Source: Leucoraja ocellata
Lineage: Eukaryota
Assembly (NCBI GenBank): GCA_036785375.1
Contig: JAWMAR010000143.1
Location: 3,968,001-4,032,000, forward strand
Reading direction: 5' to 3'
Length of the DNA: 64,000 bases
Program-made: the position numbers and the translations under genes
In this document: positions 25,671 to 39,599 of the stretch, piece by piece
Position numbering within the stretch: the stretch's first letter is position 1
How the letters are laid out: every line of letters starts with the position of its first letter
Notes under the pieces: generated by a model
What the model saw: the letters and a program-made list of their open reading frames with translations, nothing else
Databases searched by the model: none
What the model was told of the DNA's origin: nothing

Positions 25671-25898
25671 ACAAAATACAAAGAGCAGATCAGGCAGCAT
25701 GTGCGGGGAGACAAGGGAATGGACAGACAATGTTTTGGGTTGAGACCCTTCTTATGACCCATCATCTAAATCTGAAGAAATGTCCCGACCCAAAGCATTG
25801 TCTGTCTATTCCCTCCACAGATGCTGCCTGACCCACTGTATTCCTTCAGCACTTTGCATTTTGCTTAAGATTCCAGCATCTGCAGTTTCTTGTATCAC
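25671..25898 (+). mobile_element. Older fold-back pLTR unit
   Basis: caggcagcatgtg...gggaatggacagacaatgttttgggttgagaccctt against tctgaagaaatgtcccgacccaaagcattgtctgtctattccc...gatgctgcctg. Flanks catatgaatccagt (25657-25670) and catatgcatctaat (25899-25912), 11/14 identical. Confidence 0.8.
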
Positions 25899-27089
25899 CA
25901 TATGCATCTAATCTCGCTACTTTCATATGAACCACTAATGTTTCTCTTTCCCATTCAGATAGTATAATCTCTCAAAATAGGGGCTGTAAAAAAAAGGCAA
26001 GTGTTGCAGAAAATCTCAGTGAAATATTATGAATGTAGTTAGTGCTGAAATGTAATTTCTTAATCTGAAAAATGTATGTGTCTGAGGCAACTGAATGAGA
26101 GCGTCAAACTACTTACTAATAGAAAGTCAAGATGATTCTCCTTTCATCTTGTGTTCAACCTGAGCTGATTCTACAGATAACCAGTGATTGATGACCAGAT
26201 AGTTCATGGAGTTTTAATACCATCAATTGCAGACTAGAGTGCCCTAGAAAGTGGAAGTGCTGTGGCTTACAAATTACATTATAAATGGGTAATTGAACCT
26301 TCTTGTAATCTTTAAAGTGATGGTTCATCCTGGTAGTCTTGATTGTTTCTGTCTTTAAAGATTGTTTTCTTTTTTTTTTGTCTGCACTCCAATCTTTTAA
26401 TAAAATATATATTCAAGCATTTCTTAATCATTGAAGTGGTATTGGATCAGTGCAGGGATTCTTTAATTTATAAAAGGGCAGCTTTCCTAAAAAGTGTTTT
26501 GTGTCATGAAATTGTGTAAGTCAAAAGGGTCAGCAGTTGTCATTATGGAAACTTGGGTCCATTTGTTTGTTTGCAGAGAGTGATGTGCTTGCTATTCGTT
26601 AGTGCAAAAATTGCTTTCTACAGTACATCAAGAACATTTATTCTTAAGGGTCATTGGTGTTATAGTGAAAACTTGTTTATAAATCAAGGAATCCCTTTAG
26701 TAGGGTATGTTTGGTGAGGTTGAAGCTCACTAAAACTGTGGATCCCCTCAGTTCGATGCAACAGAGTGGTGGGAGGAGACAGATAAAATCATGATAAAAT
26801 TGTGAACTCGGGTGTCTGCAGGAGGGAGGAGAAGATGCAAATCTCTGGCATTCTTGAAAGAATAAGAAATGAAAACCATTAACTGTTTCCTAGATCACTT
26901 CAAACCCTTATAAAAATGACTCAAGTTTAGTCTTGTAAACATATTTGGCTATGAAATGTGAGACGGTGATGAGAATATGTAAAAAAAAATCGAGTTTAAG
27001 GAAAAAGAAATGAAGCTGAATCGCCAAAATAAATTTCATTTTTTTACAGAATTGTTAATTTATAATTGCACTGCCCTATCCCATATGTA

Positions 27090-27800
27090 AATTAAAGTCA
27101 AAGAGTTGTACAACCTAGAAATGAGCCTACCGCCCGTGATGTCTTACCAACCATTATGCCTTCTACACTAATCCCAACTTCCTGCACTAATTCTAATTCT
27201 CCCGTTGCATTGCTCATTTAAGCACCTGTCTAGATGCCACTTTATTATTGTTATTGTCCCTCCTTCCACCATCTTCTCTGAAGGCTCTTTCCTGATACTC
27301 TTTATGTGGGAAAGGAAATGCCCCTCAAACTCCCTTTTAACTTGCTTGTGCTCTCTCTTTGCCTATGCACTACATTTTTCAAAACCCCAACATGACATTG
27401 TCAATCTACCCTTTCTTTGTCACATAATTGTATATTCTGCAATCATATCACCTCTCAGCTTCCTTCCCTTCAGGGAAAACAACCCTATCCTATACGATTT
27501 CTCCTGATAAATTAAGCCCTCTAATCCAGGCAACAGTTTATGAAACTTTTTGGCATCCTCTCTGGCTTAATCATGTCCTTCCTTACAGTGTGGTGATTAA
27601 AACTGCACACAATATTTCAAGTGTGGCCCAACCAACATTTTGTACAATGGGAATATGACTCTCCAATTCTTAATGCCTTGTCCAATGAAGGCAAGCATAC
27701 TATACACCATTCTCACTCCTCTGTCTACCTGTGTTGGAAACTGTCCTTTACTCCAAGGTGTCTCTGTTCAACAATACTCCCCATTCACTGCCATTCATGG
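27090..27800 (-). mobile_element. Old CR1 3' fragment
   Basis: aactgcacacaatatttcaagtgtggcc (reverse: RPHLKYCVQF) and gggaaaacaaccc, as in other minus-strand CR1 remnants. Confidence 0.7.
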
Positions 27801-29914
27801 GGAAGTGTATTTAATTAAAAATCTGACCATGAACAAGTTTATTTGCTGTTGATGGGGATACTTTGATACTTTCTCATCAATCATAAATTATGAAATTAGA
27901 TCAATGATTCAATTCAATTCAAACAACAAATTTCTTGAAAATTAGAACAAATCATAATATTGCAAAATGATAGCTAGTACAATCAAATATGAAAAATACA
28001 TTGGTTACACAATGTGAAAAATATGAAATATGAAAAATACATTGCTATACTGGACTGAATTTACAGTTTTGTTGTGACTTATCTGTGACGCAGCACATTT
28101 TCTTGCTATCTTTGTACTTGATAACTCGATTCTAGGTTACAGCGTTACAATAGGTCAGTTAGTAGACATTAAGCAATGTTTAAACCCTTTGGAGTGGGAA
28201 TGGAAGAGTCACAGAAAGAATAATGTTGGCTGAAGGATAAAACACCTAAAGCTGCAGGATTCTTTTCAGGGACTTTTATGTTAAATCAAAACCTTCAACA
28301 TGTGTTGAGTAATATATCTTCTCACTAAAACTTAATTTAGAGTTTATTACATGTATTTTTTTTTTTATGTAATAAATTCTAGCTTAACCAGAGAATGGAT
28401 CTGTCTGTTTAGCTGTTAACCTGCCACATAAATAAGTAAAATGCCAGCAGCATTCCACTGCAGGGGCAGGTTTTATCGGCCAGTTACAGCATTTAAAAGA
28501 AAAATTCCCAATCTTCATCTTGACCTTTATTGACTTAATGTTTCCATGCTCTGATTAAATATTTAAAAGTCAACTCTATCTACTTTCTCAATTTTAAGTT
28601 TATTTCAAATAATGTCAACTATTTATAGGAAAATCCGGTACGGTTGCAAAGAGACCAGTGGGTAACTATCCTTGACAATGACAGGAGACCTGAATTAACG
28701 GATTGTAGAGATGCTGAAACTTTAAGGCAACTGAGCACAAGTAACATGTGTTTGCAACTAATCAGGCAAGGAGGAAGCTGGTTCTGCTATTTTATTAACA
28801 GTTCCACTTTATATGTAAATGCCAGAGACACTTGTGGTTCTTTATGACCAGCTGATGCTGCATTTCAGATCAGATTGGACCCATGATCTGACCTCTAGAA
28901 TGCAGTATATTAATGCTGATTTATGTGCTGGAATTACTTCATAAACAAGGCCTACCTCAGAGGCTGAATTCACACCAGATCTGATCAGAAACTGATAACA
29001 ATCCTACCAGTTGGAAGAGCATAACATTGCCCACTCTCTGCCTTTTCAAACTGTCTACCTTTTATCTAGTCTGTTGTGCTTGGTGGTAGCATTTATATTT
29101 TGTTGAATTGGCAATGTCATGGAGATGCCCAGCATTATGGAGTGGTTTATTTTATTTGGTGCGGGGTGAAACCTTCCAAATGTGGATTGCGTAACAAAAG
29201 CCAACTTTTCAACTTGCCCATTTGGCAAAAACCAAGTGTGTGCTTGTGCGTGTGTCTGTGTGGAAGAGGTGGGAATGGTTGGCTGCGAGTAGTTACAGTT
29301 AATATTACAGTTAAGCCGTGCCTGTCTCCCACTATACTATCTTTGTGAAAAGTCTTTGGACACAATCGATAGCTCAGTGGGTGGAATGTAGTTGAGCTCC
29401 ACAGTAAAAATGTAATTCCAGTGTCAATGTTGTTGGCAGGGCTGGACATGATATGTTTCCTGAAGCTGCCCTCTTAGACCAAGCTAGCCGGAACTGTAGG
29501 AGGCTCAAAAAAAGCATGTTTGAAAATGTGATTCCCCTTATGGGATAAGAAGAGCGGAAGTGAAACCTTGTATTTTCTCTTGACTTTCACCCTCTTTCCC
29601 AACTTCCACCTTAAAATAATTCTTACAATCCACCTTTTCTCTCGATGGCTAGTAAAGCCCAATCTTTAAAGGCTTCAGAGTGATGTCTTATGGCAGCTTG
29701 GGCTTTCTTTGGATATTAAATGGGTATTCATCAAATAATTGTGCTTCACATGATGTAGGCCCCAGGCTGCAGTGGTGGTCAATTTTCTGCCCAACTCTAA
29801 GCGTAGAAGTCTAACTCAGCACTGATGTTTAGCCAACAAAAACACTGCTTAAATAAGATGTTTTTAAGTTATCTGTTCAGAGAAATTATGAGAAGTATGT
29901 AAAGAAGGCCACAT

Positions 29915-30500
29915 TGGGAACACCAAATGCAGTAGACGAGGTTAGAGGAGGCGCATGTGAACCTCCGTCTCATCTACAAGGATTGTTGGAGTCCCTGGAT
30001 GGATGTGAGGAAGGACGTAGACGGACGGTATTGCATCTCTTGGGTTGTTCGCAGATGGTTTGGATGGGAAGGGATGAGTGCACCTTGAAGTAGCAGAGGG
30101 AGTGGTCTCTGTGGAAGGTGGCGTTGGGAAGATGTGAATGGTGGTGGGATCATAATTGAAGGTGGAGGATATTTTGGCAAATGATGTGTTGGATGTGGAG
30201 GCTGGTGGGATGAAATGCGAGGACCAGGAGATCTCTATTCTTGTTCAAAAGCAGAACTAGGTGTCACAACGGAGCCATGGGTGCAGGATCCATCTGTGAC
30301 AGCAGTGGGAGGAGGTGTTGACCAGATAATTGAGAGTCAGTGGGTTTGTCGAAAACATCAGTTGTTAGTCTGTCTCCTGTGATGGAGACCGAGAGATCAA
30401 GAAAGGGGAGAGAGGTATCAGGGATAATCCATGTTAATTTGAGTGCAGGGTGGATGTTGGTGGTTAAGTTAATACAATCAATGAGTTCTGCATGAGTTTC
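29915..30500 (-). mobile_element. Old Penelope internal fragment
   Basis: The reverse complement aligns with 5390-5480 (ccctttcttgatctctcggtctccatcacaggagacagact) and 5750-6090 (atccagggactccaacaatcct...ggttcacatgc). Confidence 0.75.
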
Positions 30501-30629
30501 TATCTATGGTTTCCAAATTCCACACCTGAGAATTTCACATCTGGTTGTAAACTGAAAAAATACATCTAATTGTCATGAATAATCAAGAACCTAAGGATCG
30601 TTTATGGTGAACCGAGGACAATTTTTGTT

Positions 30630-30948
30630 TAGAGTCTCTTGCCCATAGTAGGGAATCTAGGACCAGAGGACATTGGTTCAAGGTGACGGTGAAAAGATTT
30701 AATAGGAATCTGAGGGGTAGCTTTTTCACACAATGGTTGGTGGGTGTATGGAACACGCTGCCAGAGGAGGTAGTTGAGGCTGGGACTATCCCAATGTGAG
30801 TTAGACAGGTACATGGATAGGACAGGTTTGGAGGGATATGGGCCAAGCGCACGCAGGTGGGACTAGTGTAGTTGGGACATAGTTGGCCAGTGTGGGCAAG
30901 TTGGGTCGAAGGGCATGTTTCCACACTGTATCACTCTATGACTCTATG
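30630..30948 (+). mobile_element. CR1 LINE 3' end
   Basis: SRTRGHWFKV...FFTQWLVGVWNTLPEEVVEA, then gggcatgtttccacactgtat and a (ctctatga)n tail. Confidence 0.88.
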
Positions 30949-32329
30949 TGCTTCCATGTTGTCAGCAGCAGCTTTGTTCTGCATAGCTGTCCTTGTATTG
31001 CCAGTCTTTAAATCACAACTAGGCCAGGTGTGCAGCATTAAAATGTATCCATAGTTCTCGGCGCACAGTTCATTTCTGACCATCAATATATTGTAGCTGC
31101 AATTGGTTTTGCATTGTCAGGACAATGAAATCTGCATCACTGGACAATTTTGTTCCTGTTATTTTGGAAGCAAATCCAATATTAATTAGTTATGAATTAG
31201 CCATAAGATCTGTTGGTAATACTGCATTATGACATTCTTATTGTGCAACTCTGGTTAGATGGCCATTTTTGAGGAATTTGATATAATTTTAAGATTTGAC
31301 TCTGTAGATTGGTGTCAGAAGAGATAAGAGATGTGCATATATTACGTGTCTCTCCCATCCATCTTCTCTGATTATTTTTTACTGCAGATAACACAGTATT
31401 GGATTAGCTTGCTGTACAGCACATCAGGAGGAAGATCAATTTATTGACTTTGTCATCATAGTAAGTAATAGTTGAAGGAAAGGAATAGAAGGCAAGACTG
31501 CACTGCATCAAAAATAAAATGTGCCATCTACTTTTTCTATAACTTATGCATCCTTAACTGTTTACACAGGAAAGAGCACTTCAGTAATTCAGTGGTTGTA
31601 CATTATTAATTAACTCCACCTCAGTGCTCGGCAGAATTGCATGGTTTTGCAAAACTGCACTGTTTGATTTCTTGTAGGTGATGGAGACATTGACCAACTT
31701 TCAGCATTTCCTTTCCCTCTGCTGCTTTCCTCAGACTGCAATCAGATCACATTTTTGCACAAGTGACATTATAGCCTATCAATAAAATAGATTAATGGCG
31801 GCATGGCTGGAACAAAACTGGCACATTTTCTTTCCCAGGTGTTTTGAATTGAAATTCATCCCTAATGACATCTGATGACCTACAGGCGAGTCTAGATGGG
31901 CTGCTTCTATTTCATATTAAATTATAATACTAGAGATTTCAAGGCGAATATTCAATGATTTTCAATATTATTAATTCTGTATATAATCCAGGTTTAATTA
32001 TTAAAAAAATAATTCCAGGTTTAATTTTTTCACCATTTTTAATTTCATCAAATTATAGGTGATTGGTTTATAAGGCTAAGCTTTATATCTTAAAATGGCC
32101 TGTTGTGGGTCACGCAATTTGGAAAATTAGAATCTACTGAAAATTATTGCTCTCATTCCCAATACGTATTCGACAAAATCATTGCGGAATCTTTGATCTG
32201 CAGACTCTGGTAATGCCACCTGCCAAGCATTTTGAGTCATGTTAGCTTCCAGGTAAAGAGAGGTGCAAAACTCTGAGAACTAGTTTCATATTTATATTTT
32301 CATATTCCTTTACAATATTGAAGAATGCC

Positions 32330-32642
32330 ATTAAGCCACTGAGCCTATCTATGCCAACTCTCATGAATTCCATTCCAGATTTATTTCCCCATAACCTATT
32401 ATTTTGAACGTGTCTAGTAACTCCCACCTGAATCTCCTCTACCACCGACGTACATGAGAGATAATTTCCATTAGCCAATTAACCCACCAACCAGTATATC
32501 TTCACGATAATGGAATAAACTGGAGCACTGAGATGAAACCCATGCAGTCACAGGGAGAATATATGTACTCCGTATATATAGCATCGAGGTGAGAATTGAA
32601 CGGGGCTAGTGGAGATTGGCACAGCAGCACATCTGTGCCACC
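32330..32642 (-). mobile_element. Old HE1-type SINE
   Basis: gccaattaaccc...aactggagcac...aaacccatgcagtcacagggagaat; same core as 18737-19061. Confidence 0.65.
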
Positions 32643-33499
32643 CAGTTATGTGGAGACATAAAGCTACTGGAGTCTGTGGTAGAAATTGTCAGCAGCGGCT
32701 AGAAATGTGGATCACCGCCCATCTGCCACCTTCATGGCATCATTTATCCTGACTGGAGGTTCTGCCACGTACACACTGACACATACCTGTGTTCTTCTCC
32801 CTTCCTTTCATGGCTTCTTCATGTTTAACAGATAATACTGATTGTAATGCATTTTAATGTTCTCAATGGCTTTCTGCATGAAGGTCATTCGAAAAGTCAA
32901 TGCCCTTAATTGTTTGCAACCAGTTCAATTTCACTCGCTTGCAGTCTACTATTCCTGCACCAGTTTATTCTTCACACACATCCAAATCTAACCCTGAAGT
33001 TTTGATAATGAGCTGACCATGGCAAACAACTTCCTACAATATAAAAATAATTTCTTTATGTGCTATCTGTTTATGACCAAATGATCATTTGTCAGTCTCT
33101 CCTTTCATGGATGAATTGCACCACTCGTTCTCATCTTTTCACAAAGCTCAGTCCCTTCAAAGCAGTGATTCATCTTTCAGTTTCTGTTGCAATGCCCTCA
33201 AATCTTTGCATTAGGCCAAATGATATCCCACAGTGTTGCTTCAGGTCTGCACCTGGTTGCCTCTACTGCTTCATTTCACTTCATGGGCATTCTGTTGGGA
33301 TCAAAGACACATGGCTTGCACTACAGTCTATGGGTTCTGAGGGGATTGAGGTCAATAGTGTAACCTATAGGCCCTTGCACAGCATGGGGTGGGTGGTCTT
33401 TTATGTGGTGGGTGGAAGAATGGGGTTTTAGATGTCAAACATTTTGCTTATATTTTCGGGCTTCCACTTGCTTTTGTCATTGAAAAGTCAAGCTGCTTA

Positions 33500-33760
33500 G
33501 TGCTTTCCCAGATGCTCTTGTTGATTTTAGACACTGATGAGCTGAGGATTCCCATGTGTCAGTATGGGCGTACACTTTTTGCAGGAGGGTTTGAGAATGT
33601 TCTTGAGCCAGTTTCTCTGTCCTCCTGGACATTTCAGAACTCATATGCATGCTGTTCCAAGAGTGTGCATCAAGCATGCTGATGTTGTGGCCATTCACCA
33701 TAACTAATTGAGCTTGATCCATGCAGCAGACATTTCTTGGTGAGTGGTTGCTGGATATCA
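33500..33760 (-). mobile_element. RTE (BovB-like) RT C-terminal remnant
   Basis: Minus-strand frames give GGQRNWLKNILKPSCKKC and TDTWESSA, resembling RTE GGQRKRFKDxLKASLKKC..WE.LA. Heavily decayed. Confidence 0.5.
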
Positions 33761-34159
33761 ATTTTCCTGGCCAGCAAATGGATTTGGGGGATTTTACAAT
33801 CATCTGTTGGTGTTATAATTTGAGTGCGATGAAGTGCCTACTGCGTTAGTCTGCGAAAACAGGGATGAACTATTTTGACTCCAACTCCTAGCCTCTTTCC
33901 CACAATCAGTTAGAAACTGTGCTGGCACACTGGAGCTGACGGTAGACTTTGTCATTAATGTATGTCTTTGATAAGGAGTGTCTCCCGAAACATAGTTATT
34001 GATCTACGCTTTCCTTGATCCCAATTCTGAGTTGATATTCATGGGAGGAGCTGGGGTGTGTTCTGCTGTTATGCTTAGAATGGCCAAGGAACTTCCATTA
34101 GCCATTGGTAAAATGATCAATTCCACTTACAATTCCCTGACAATTGAAACAATACACAC

Positions 34160-34680
34160 TAACTCACAAGAAGACTTGGATAATTGGCTGACATGTGGCG
34201 AGTAACATAAGTAGCAAGTAATAACCACTTACACGCAAAAACACGAGAGAATCTAACCATCTCCCCCTTGTCTTCGAAACTTCTCCTGGAGAGATCACCA
34301 TTGACTAGAGATTCAACTGGACCTGCCACTTAAATACGCTGGGTGCAAGAGCAGTCAGAAGCTGGGTATTGTGCAGTGAATGACTCCCCTCCCGGTAGAC
34401 TAAAGTATTTTCATAATCCACATGACACAAGTAAGGGACATGATCAAATGCTCATGACTTGCCCAATGTGTGCAACTCCAATAACATGCAACACAATCCA
34501 GGTCAAAGCAGCCCACTTGATTGCTACCCTGTTCATCATCCATACCCTTCATTCCCTCTTCCTACAGACCCACCGCGTCTGCAGTGTGAACCATCTACAA
34601 AATAAACTGCATAAACTTTCTTTGGCTATTCCAACAACTCCTATAAAGTGCTTCAAAACTCTAGCCTAGAAATTCCAGAG
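34160..34680 (+). mobile_element. L2/CR1-group non-LTR RT C-terminal remnant
   Basis: Peptides across frames (SQEDLDNW, ITID*RFNWTCHLNTLGARAVRSWV, NTIQVKAAHLI...TLHSL) resemble QQDLDNI..W, LGVTID.KLNW..HI and DTIQDKAARLI. Confidence 0.6.
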
Positions 34681-34770
34681 CATCCAAGAAGATGTGCTTG
34701 ACTGGAATTGAAGATGGACCCCAGTGGTGTTTTCTCCAATGTAAATGTGTTATCCAGAGGTCAGGACTAG

Positions 34771-34904
34771 TGTGTAGGAAGGAACTGCAGATGCTGGTTT
34801 AAACCAAAGATAGACACAAAAAGCTGGCGTAACTCAGCTGGGCAGGCAGCATCTCTGGAGAGAAGGAATGGGTGACGTTTCGAGTTGAGACCCTTCTTCA
34901 GACT
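34771..34904 (-). mobile_element. Solo Penelope pLTR (134 bp) with perfect 11-bp TSD
   Basis: gtcaggactag at 34760-34770 and 34905-34915. The minus strand starts agtCTGAAGAagggtctcaactcGAAACGTCaccc and ends ttccttcctacaca. Confidence 0.93.
34874..34901 (-). ncRNA. Minimal hammerhead ribozyme-like core
   Basis: CUGAAGA-A-GGGU(cuca)ACUC-GAAACGUC. All catalytic-box positions are intact; predicted cleavage after GUC; stem I only about 2 bp. Confidence 0.65.
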
Positions 34905-37900
34905 GTCAGGACTAGCTATTGATGAGGGGACTAGTGAGATTTCAAGATTAGGGATTGGGAAGGACCCATAAGGAACTCGTAATGGGAGGAGATGTGGTTC
35001 ATGTCATATTTTCAATTGGTAATTAGATATCTGGCCAGAAAGGGACTAGATTCTAATTCTTCCATTGTATTAGTAAGATCCAGTCATTGGAGAAATGACA
35101 GACAATGGTCACTCAGAGGACACCTTTGTCCAGATTCCCTCTCAGCGCTCCAGAAGTCAGTTGAATGAGAAATAATGCTAACATTTGAAATCATTTCTGA
35201 GGCCCATGGGTGATTCAGTCCAGGAGATGCCCAGTCAAATTTCAGGAGAAACCCAGAAATTGCCATTATTGTGTTTCACTGCAGGTAAAATAATCGATTT
35301 TCATTGCATAATGCTGAAAGAGCAGCACTTTATGATTGAATTTCCAGTTCACAATGTTTCACATTGCAGTTCACATCCAAAATTCCCAATATAAAATATC
35401 TAATGTTATGAATAGTAACAAAATATTCTCTCACCTATGCCCCTAACATTTTAGTGATTCGGGCAACAGTATTATCTTTAGAGGTTTCCCAGTGGTGCTT
35501 TCATAATCAATAATAGCTTTCACAGACTTTGTGCAGCGATGGAGGATTCTGCTTTCCTGCCAGGTTTAATTTTCTAGAAGGTCTTTCTGATCATCCAAAG
35601 TGGACTGATTAGAAATAATTGAATAAGCCATCATTTAAATTTGGGAACCACAAATAGCATTGCTTTTTTTTTAGCCACTGGACTGAATCATGAAGCACGT
35701 GTCTTTTTTTCAGGGATCAGGCACTCTTTAACCATTTTGGTGTTTGATAAGTTTTTGAACAAGGTTTTGAACAGTTTCATGCACAGTTTAACTCCTTACT
35801 TTCTTCCTATGAATAGTAGGTGGAATTTATAGCACTCGGAATGCTAGGTTCTCTGCACTTCATTAAAACACCAACAAAAACATCAGAACATTTTAGAAAG
35901 GCAGAAATGGTTTACTTCTCCCTGTGAATCAAACGTCCATGAAATGGCTGCCTTGCTTTGAATATGAAAATATCTCTTTAAGAGCTGAAGACCTTGCAAT
36001 TGTTCATCATGTCACTCAATTGGCAATCTCCTCATACCAGCCGAATATAGGAAAGTTTATCATGTATTAATAACAAGGGCAACTTTGAAAAATCCCAAAG
36101 GTCAGTCCAACGCATCCTCAGTGATCACTAAATGTCTCTGCACTCCAGCCTTGTCAACTGACATGACAGTGTAAACGCTACAGTTAGATGCAAAAGGTGG
36201 GATGTGTGCACAAATGTTAATACTGCTAGCTTTCAAATTATATTTAATTGTAGTAAGTAAATACTGTCACAGTACAAGCCAATTTAAATGTCTTGGGGGA
36301 ATTAAATATCTAAATGTTTTCCACAGTAGATAACTATGGCATATTTAAAGTAATAACTCCAGAACTAAGTGTCTTTAAATTCAGTACTTACAAAGGAAAA
36401 CACAGACATACAACCTGTGATAACCAGAGTTAATATCTCACTCCTGAGGCCATGGTACTTAGTTTTGTGCTGGTAAATCTTTTATATAAAAAAAAACACA
36501 AGAAAATTCCTTTCAACGGCCCTGGAAACAACTTTGCTGTGGCACAGCAGAGGTTCAGAGGGATCACATGCAAATGAGTTCTCTTGGCAAGCAGCTCAAT
36601 AGTGTCTTCCTGCGGCATGAACTTGAACTTGTTGCAAAGTTGCATGCCTCAGCAAAAGAGGTTGTGGGATGCAGGAAGAAAGAAGCGACAGTGTTTAGCA
36701 TAAGAATGAATTTTGGACCAAAGTGCAATCAGGTTCTCTCAGACTAACTCCCAGAGACATGGCATCGCTGTGGGCCAATGTTAGAAACAGGACAAAAGAA
36801 GTAGTTGTACAACAGACGCATTCAGAAGTTTCATACCTTGGGTTCAGACAGTACAAATATCTATTAGCAATTAAATAAATAAATTGGGGGCTAAACCTGG
36901 AACTAAAAATGCCGATGCTTTGGGTTTAACCAAGATCAAATCACACTTTAATTTACGCTATGGCCTATATTTTTACTTGAACATGATAATTGAGTGATCT
37001 ATCTGTGCTGGTGCTGATGTTGCTTATTATTTGTGACTAAGAATAAGCAATTAACAAGAGTTAGCTGCCCTTCCTGTATCTAATTGCTCACCTAATGCTG
37101 ACCATATTTTCTAAAAACTAAAACTCATGATTCGCTGCGCCTGTTAATCACAGTTACATGTTTCCTGCTCTTTGTGATTAACCGGAACCGGGCATTTTCC
37201 CTGTAATCCTAACGCTGTGAATGCAGTTGTTGTAATCATTTTCCAACGAGAGCGTAATCTTTTATTTTTTTTTAAAAAGAGAAAGGCGGGGGAAAAGCAG
37301 GAAATGAGCTGTCTTTTGTCAAGAGATTTCCGAAATGTAATGACTGTTGAAATATTTGTGTTGAACTGGCCTGTCGGCAGGGGTCTGTCCTGTCTGCTGC
37401 TGACACTTGGGTTCTTTAGAATTCACACCACAATATCCTCAAAAACCCTTCTGGTAGATCAGGTAGGCCAGCGGTGCTCTTTGATGGTTTTTTTCATGAG
37501 CAAAGGAACAGCATAATGAGAGGAAGCTATTGCTCAAGCATAAAATACTCTTTGAGGTAGCGAAATGGCAGAGTTAACACTGTCTAAGAAGCTTTTTCTT
37601 TCCTTTATTTCTCATTATTTTTTTTGTCCCTGTGCATGTTCCATGATGGGAGATGTTTTGTCTGCAAAGCAGTTTTGCAACTTCCCGCACCTGCCTCTGA
37701 AAGAAGAGGTTCATGTGACTGTGCTTGAATCAACAATAAAACAATAATAAGGGAATTGGTGAATGCACCCCTGTGTGTTTGCTGCAGGAAAACGATAAAA
37801 CAGACTGGTTGATTTGTGTGTAATGTAGTCATTAAACTTCATTATTCAATGGACAATTGGAATAATCAACGGTGTTTGTAAAAGAAGTAAAATGTCTAGT

Positions 37901-38489
37901 GCAAAATAGTAGGGATGTGAGTGCTGGCCACCATAAAGCAACTGTGAGCCAAGTTAAATTGCCGAATGGATACATTTGTTAGCATTGTAAACTTACCTGC
38001 AAAACTCTAAATCACCCAGAATATGGTATTTTCTGGGAAAGGATGTCCTTTGATATAAATCTAGAGGGACTCTGGGGTGAACGTATGCTTCTAGTGCAAC
38101 ACCCAAACTTTAACTGCTGGGTATTTAGTCGCCAAAAATCTTAGCTTTAGTTTTTGTTGTGGTTTTTATTGGGAGACATTAGTCATGTTACCAATCTTTG
38201 CAGTGCAATCACAAAGAAAATATGACAATGCTTACTGTTAGACCAAGAAGCAAAGCAACTTGGTTGAGCAGCTAAATCCTTGAACATTACTACATGTGTT
38301 TCATTTTCTGAAATTGTATTACCTAATTTAAGGCAATTTTGAGATTGACTGGAGTACAATTGACATAAGTGCAAACAAATGTTGTCAATGGATTGCCAAT
38401 GAAAATATTCTTGCAAGGCAGCTGTCAGTAACATCGGCTCAAATTCTGGCAAGTATTAAAATGCAAAACCAATAACGGACTGGCATTAA

Positions 38490-39172
38490 AAATGACCATA
38501 CACCTGTAGAAGTCCAGAAGAGTATTCGGTGACATGCTGAATCTCCTGAATCTTTTATGGAAGTACAGTCTAGATGAGCATTTGCTGCGATTACATCAAT
38601 ATGCTGGGTTGAGGTTAGATATTCAGAAATGTGCTGACCGAAGAGCTTGAAGCTGTTGGCTCTCTTCATCACCATCCCTTTGCTGTGCCCACAATTTGTT
38701 GCAATTTCTTGCGGTTTTGATGGAGCTGTTCCCAAACCAAGCTGTGGTGCATCCTAATAAAATGCTTTCTATTGCACAGCTGTAGAGTTGTTGGGGACAT
38801 GCCAAACTTCCTAAGTATTCTAAGGTGTGCTTTCTTGTTCGTTGCTTCAATATGGGTGGTCCAGGAGAAGTTGTTGGTGATATTGACTCTTAGTAATTTG
38901 AAGTTTTCAGCCTTCTCTACTTCGACGTGGTCAATGCAAACTGGGGTATGTTCGCTTCCTCAAGTTGATCACTATCTCACTATCTCCTTTGTCTTGCTGA
39001 CATTGAGAGAAAGGTTGTCGACTCGACACCAGGACACGAGGTTCTCGATCTCCTTCCTGTACTCCGTCTCACCATTATTTGATATCCAGCCCACAATGGT
39101 GTTGTCATCTGCGATTTTGACAATTGAATTAGATTTGTACATGGCTGCACAGTCGTGGGTGTACAAGGAGTA
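38490..39172 (-). mobile_element. Rex1/Babar RT fragment
   Basis: YTHDCAAMYKSNSIVKIADDNTIVGWISNNGETEYRKEIENLVSWCRVDNLSLNVSKTKEIV and LYSCAIESILLGCTTAWFGN. Confidence 0.88.
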
Positions 39173-39599
39173 AAAAGGGGGAATGATTTAAACAAAGAAT
39201 TTATGTATCGTAAATAAGTTATGAAAATGTCATATTGGAATGTTTTCATTTTCTGAGACATACCCAGATGCTATCTTATCTGAAGCTTTATTTTTTCCAA
39301 AGCTAATTGCAGCTGTTTCTTTTCAGATAATGATGATGTTTCTTGGCATGAATGAATTACCTGGCTTTATTTCAACATTATTGTCCTTGTATTTCTATGA
39401 ATTCCAGAATGGATTTTTAAAAGACCCAAACAGTCTTCTATCTAGGTTTTAATTTTTGCGATATGTGATTTAACTCATGAGTTTCTGTTGATTGTAAAAC
39501 AACTGCAACAATTGAAAGACACTATGTTTTTTCATTGACATTTTACTAAGCCACATACAATGTATTTAAGTACACATATGTGAGCTGCGTAAATGTTGA

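Noticed and set aside
27985-28044. 19-bp direct repeat aaatatgaaaaatacattg (27985-28003, 28026-28044)
   Set aside because: A low-complexity local slippage duplication, with no element between the copies.
28825-28900. Ancient Deu-domain or LF-SINE relic
   Set aside because: Only a few short words resemble the consensus as I recall it; not supportable without an alignment.
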